From: Phoronis australis
Taxonomy: Eukaryota; Animalia; Phoronida
NCBI GenBank assembly: GCA_002633005.1
Contig: NMRA01000001.1
Location: 89,135-153,134 of the forward strand
Length of the DNA: 64,000 nucleotides
Reading direction: 5' to 3'
In this document: positions 62,720 through 64,000 of the stretch, piece by piece
Position numbering within the stretch: the first letter of the stretch is position 1
How the letters are laid out: every line of letters begins with the position of its first letter
Made by a program: the position numbers and the translations under genes
The notes under the pieces: generated by a model
Database searches by the model: none
What the model saw: only the letters and a program-made list of their open reading frames with translations
Told to the model about the DNA's origin: nothing

Positions 62720-63849
62720 AACAGATAATCTGAGCTCTGTCATGACAAGTGAATTAGAAACTGGATATACGAACGTGAATAACGTTGATATTAAAAACGA
62801 AAAACCAAGGCAGAACTTTGTATGTCTATAAAGCTTAATTTTGTACCATAGTTGGCTGCGAGAACAGGCCTGGGTGATATAGATTCTACGAGGTTCTACC
62901 CTCTTTCAAAAACCTTTTGAATATTATGCGTAAAAGATCGAAAAGCAGTCTTGGAATAAGGCAGTCGAACCATTTTTTTTCGTTTTTAGCAAATTCTGCT
63001 GTATCATGGGAATGATGATGCAAAACCACACAACAAGAATAAAAAATATCAAAAACTGAGTGAAGCAGTATAAAGTTATTGGAACTTTAGTGACGAAATT
63101 TGGGACTTTCTTTGCATCGGGTTGGCCATTTAGGAAGACGGAGGCATAAACTACGATTTTAAAATTGTTTATCAACATTTTCACCAACACATTTTGCAGC
63201 GAAATTTAATGAAATATATTTTTACCGACTACTTTATGCGATTCAACCGTTTTCACCAGAATTCAATCTTGCAGATGATTCTAATTTAGTGATAAGCGGG
63301 AACACAATGTCCGCGCAGACAACTTTGCTGACCTGAAAGACCTGTTCAACGGGCTCGGTGAAGATTTTACTATGACAAATTTTTGATAAACTTACACACT
63401 GTAGCTATAAATTGCAACATTGTATAACTGTCAGGTGTTTTGTGCTAAAGTATCATGACCGTGAAGTGGTCATCCGACTGAAAATCCACAGATCTCAAAA
63501 GCTTCAAACTTTGGACCCTAGACATCTTAAGAGCATGTTCGCGAATGGACCAGGTAGAGGGTGATAAACGTTATGTCACAGATTCTCTTTATATTTTGTC
63601 TGTGAGATGACACTGGCCCCACTGACTCCAGACCACCTTTATTTTTTTCAAAACGCCCCCTTTTGGTTTCCATGGATACTATTTGTTTCCGACAAGTTTT
63701 CAGCCTNCAATGGGAGTCATCTATTTGCGAATGAACATGTGTTGCATCGGAGCGAATTGCGCGAGTAACCAGGTACAGACAGTTGTATATTGGTTATTTA
63801 TACGTTACTAACACAAGGTGATTATATAGATTTCATGTTGAAACAATAT

Positions 63850-63910
63850 AAAACGAGAGCAACGAGGAGCGATAAAATGCGCCCTCGATAGCACCGCAAA
63901 CGGTGCGATT
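63850..63910. repeat. Twin GC-rich hairpins, possible Helitron/Helentron terminus
   Basis: CGAGG.GCG..CGCCCTCG followed by GCACCG-CAAA-CGGTGC (63891-63906). Confidence 0.35.
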
Positions 63911-64000
63911 CTAAGGGTATTTTAGTATCCTAAAACTGACCCCTGATTAGATGGCGCAGAATGCTTCAAACCCATCCACATTAGAAGGTGGCGTCGTTTC

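Overview
AT-rich animal genomic DNA, most likely a marine invertebrate, from a draft assembly with N gaps. Most ORFs in the supplied track are spurious. Supported genes are: (1) a spliced ZP-module membrane protein (+, 42124-47379; 8 exons reconstructed by hand, 5' exon not located) with a furin site, a TM helix and an atypical ZP-C cysteine pattern; (2) a 2-exon secreted PAN/apple + Caspr-type fibrinogen-like protein (+, 57848-59180); (3) an unprocessed ETFA pseudogene (-, ~16600-18537). Much of the remainder is transposon-derived. It includes a near-intact Penelope-like retroelement (RT + GIY-YIG; -, 52970-56294) whose main frame lacks an ATG ahead of its conserved N-terminus and overlaps an upstream ORF across an A_AAA_AAG heptamer, two decayed Penelope remnants, and 4-5 minimal hammerhead-ribozyme-like motifs. 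DNA elements include a THAP-bearing ISL2EU-like element split by a 9-bp-TSD insertion, a 4.9-kb Tc1/mariner derivative, Kolobok-like, hAT and Sola3-like remnants and several MITEs, one carrying a periodic GTAGTGTACGTACCCC array. LINE fragments are also present. Two tandem duplications joined by a single N are probably uncollapsed haplotypes. No CRISPR array, rRNA or intact tRNA gene was found.
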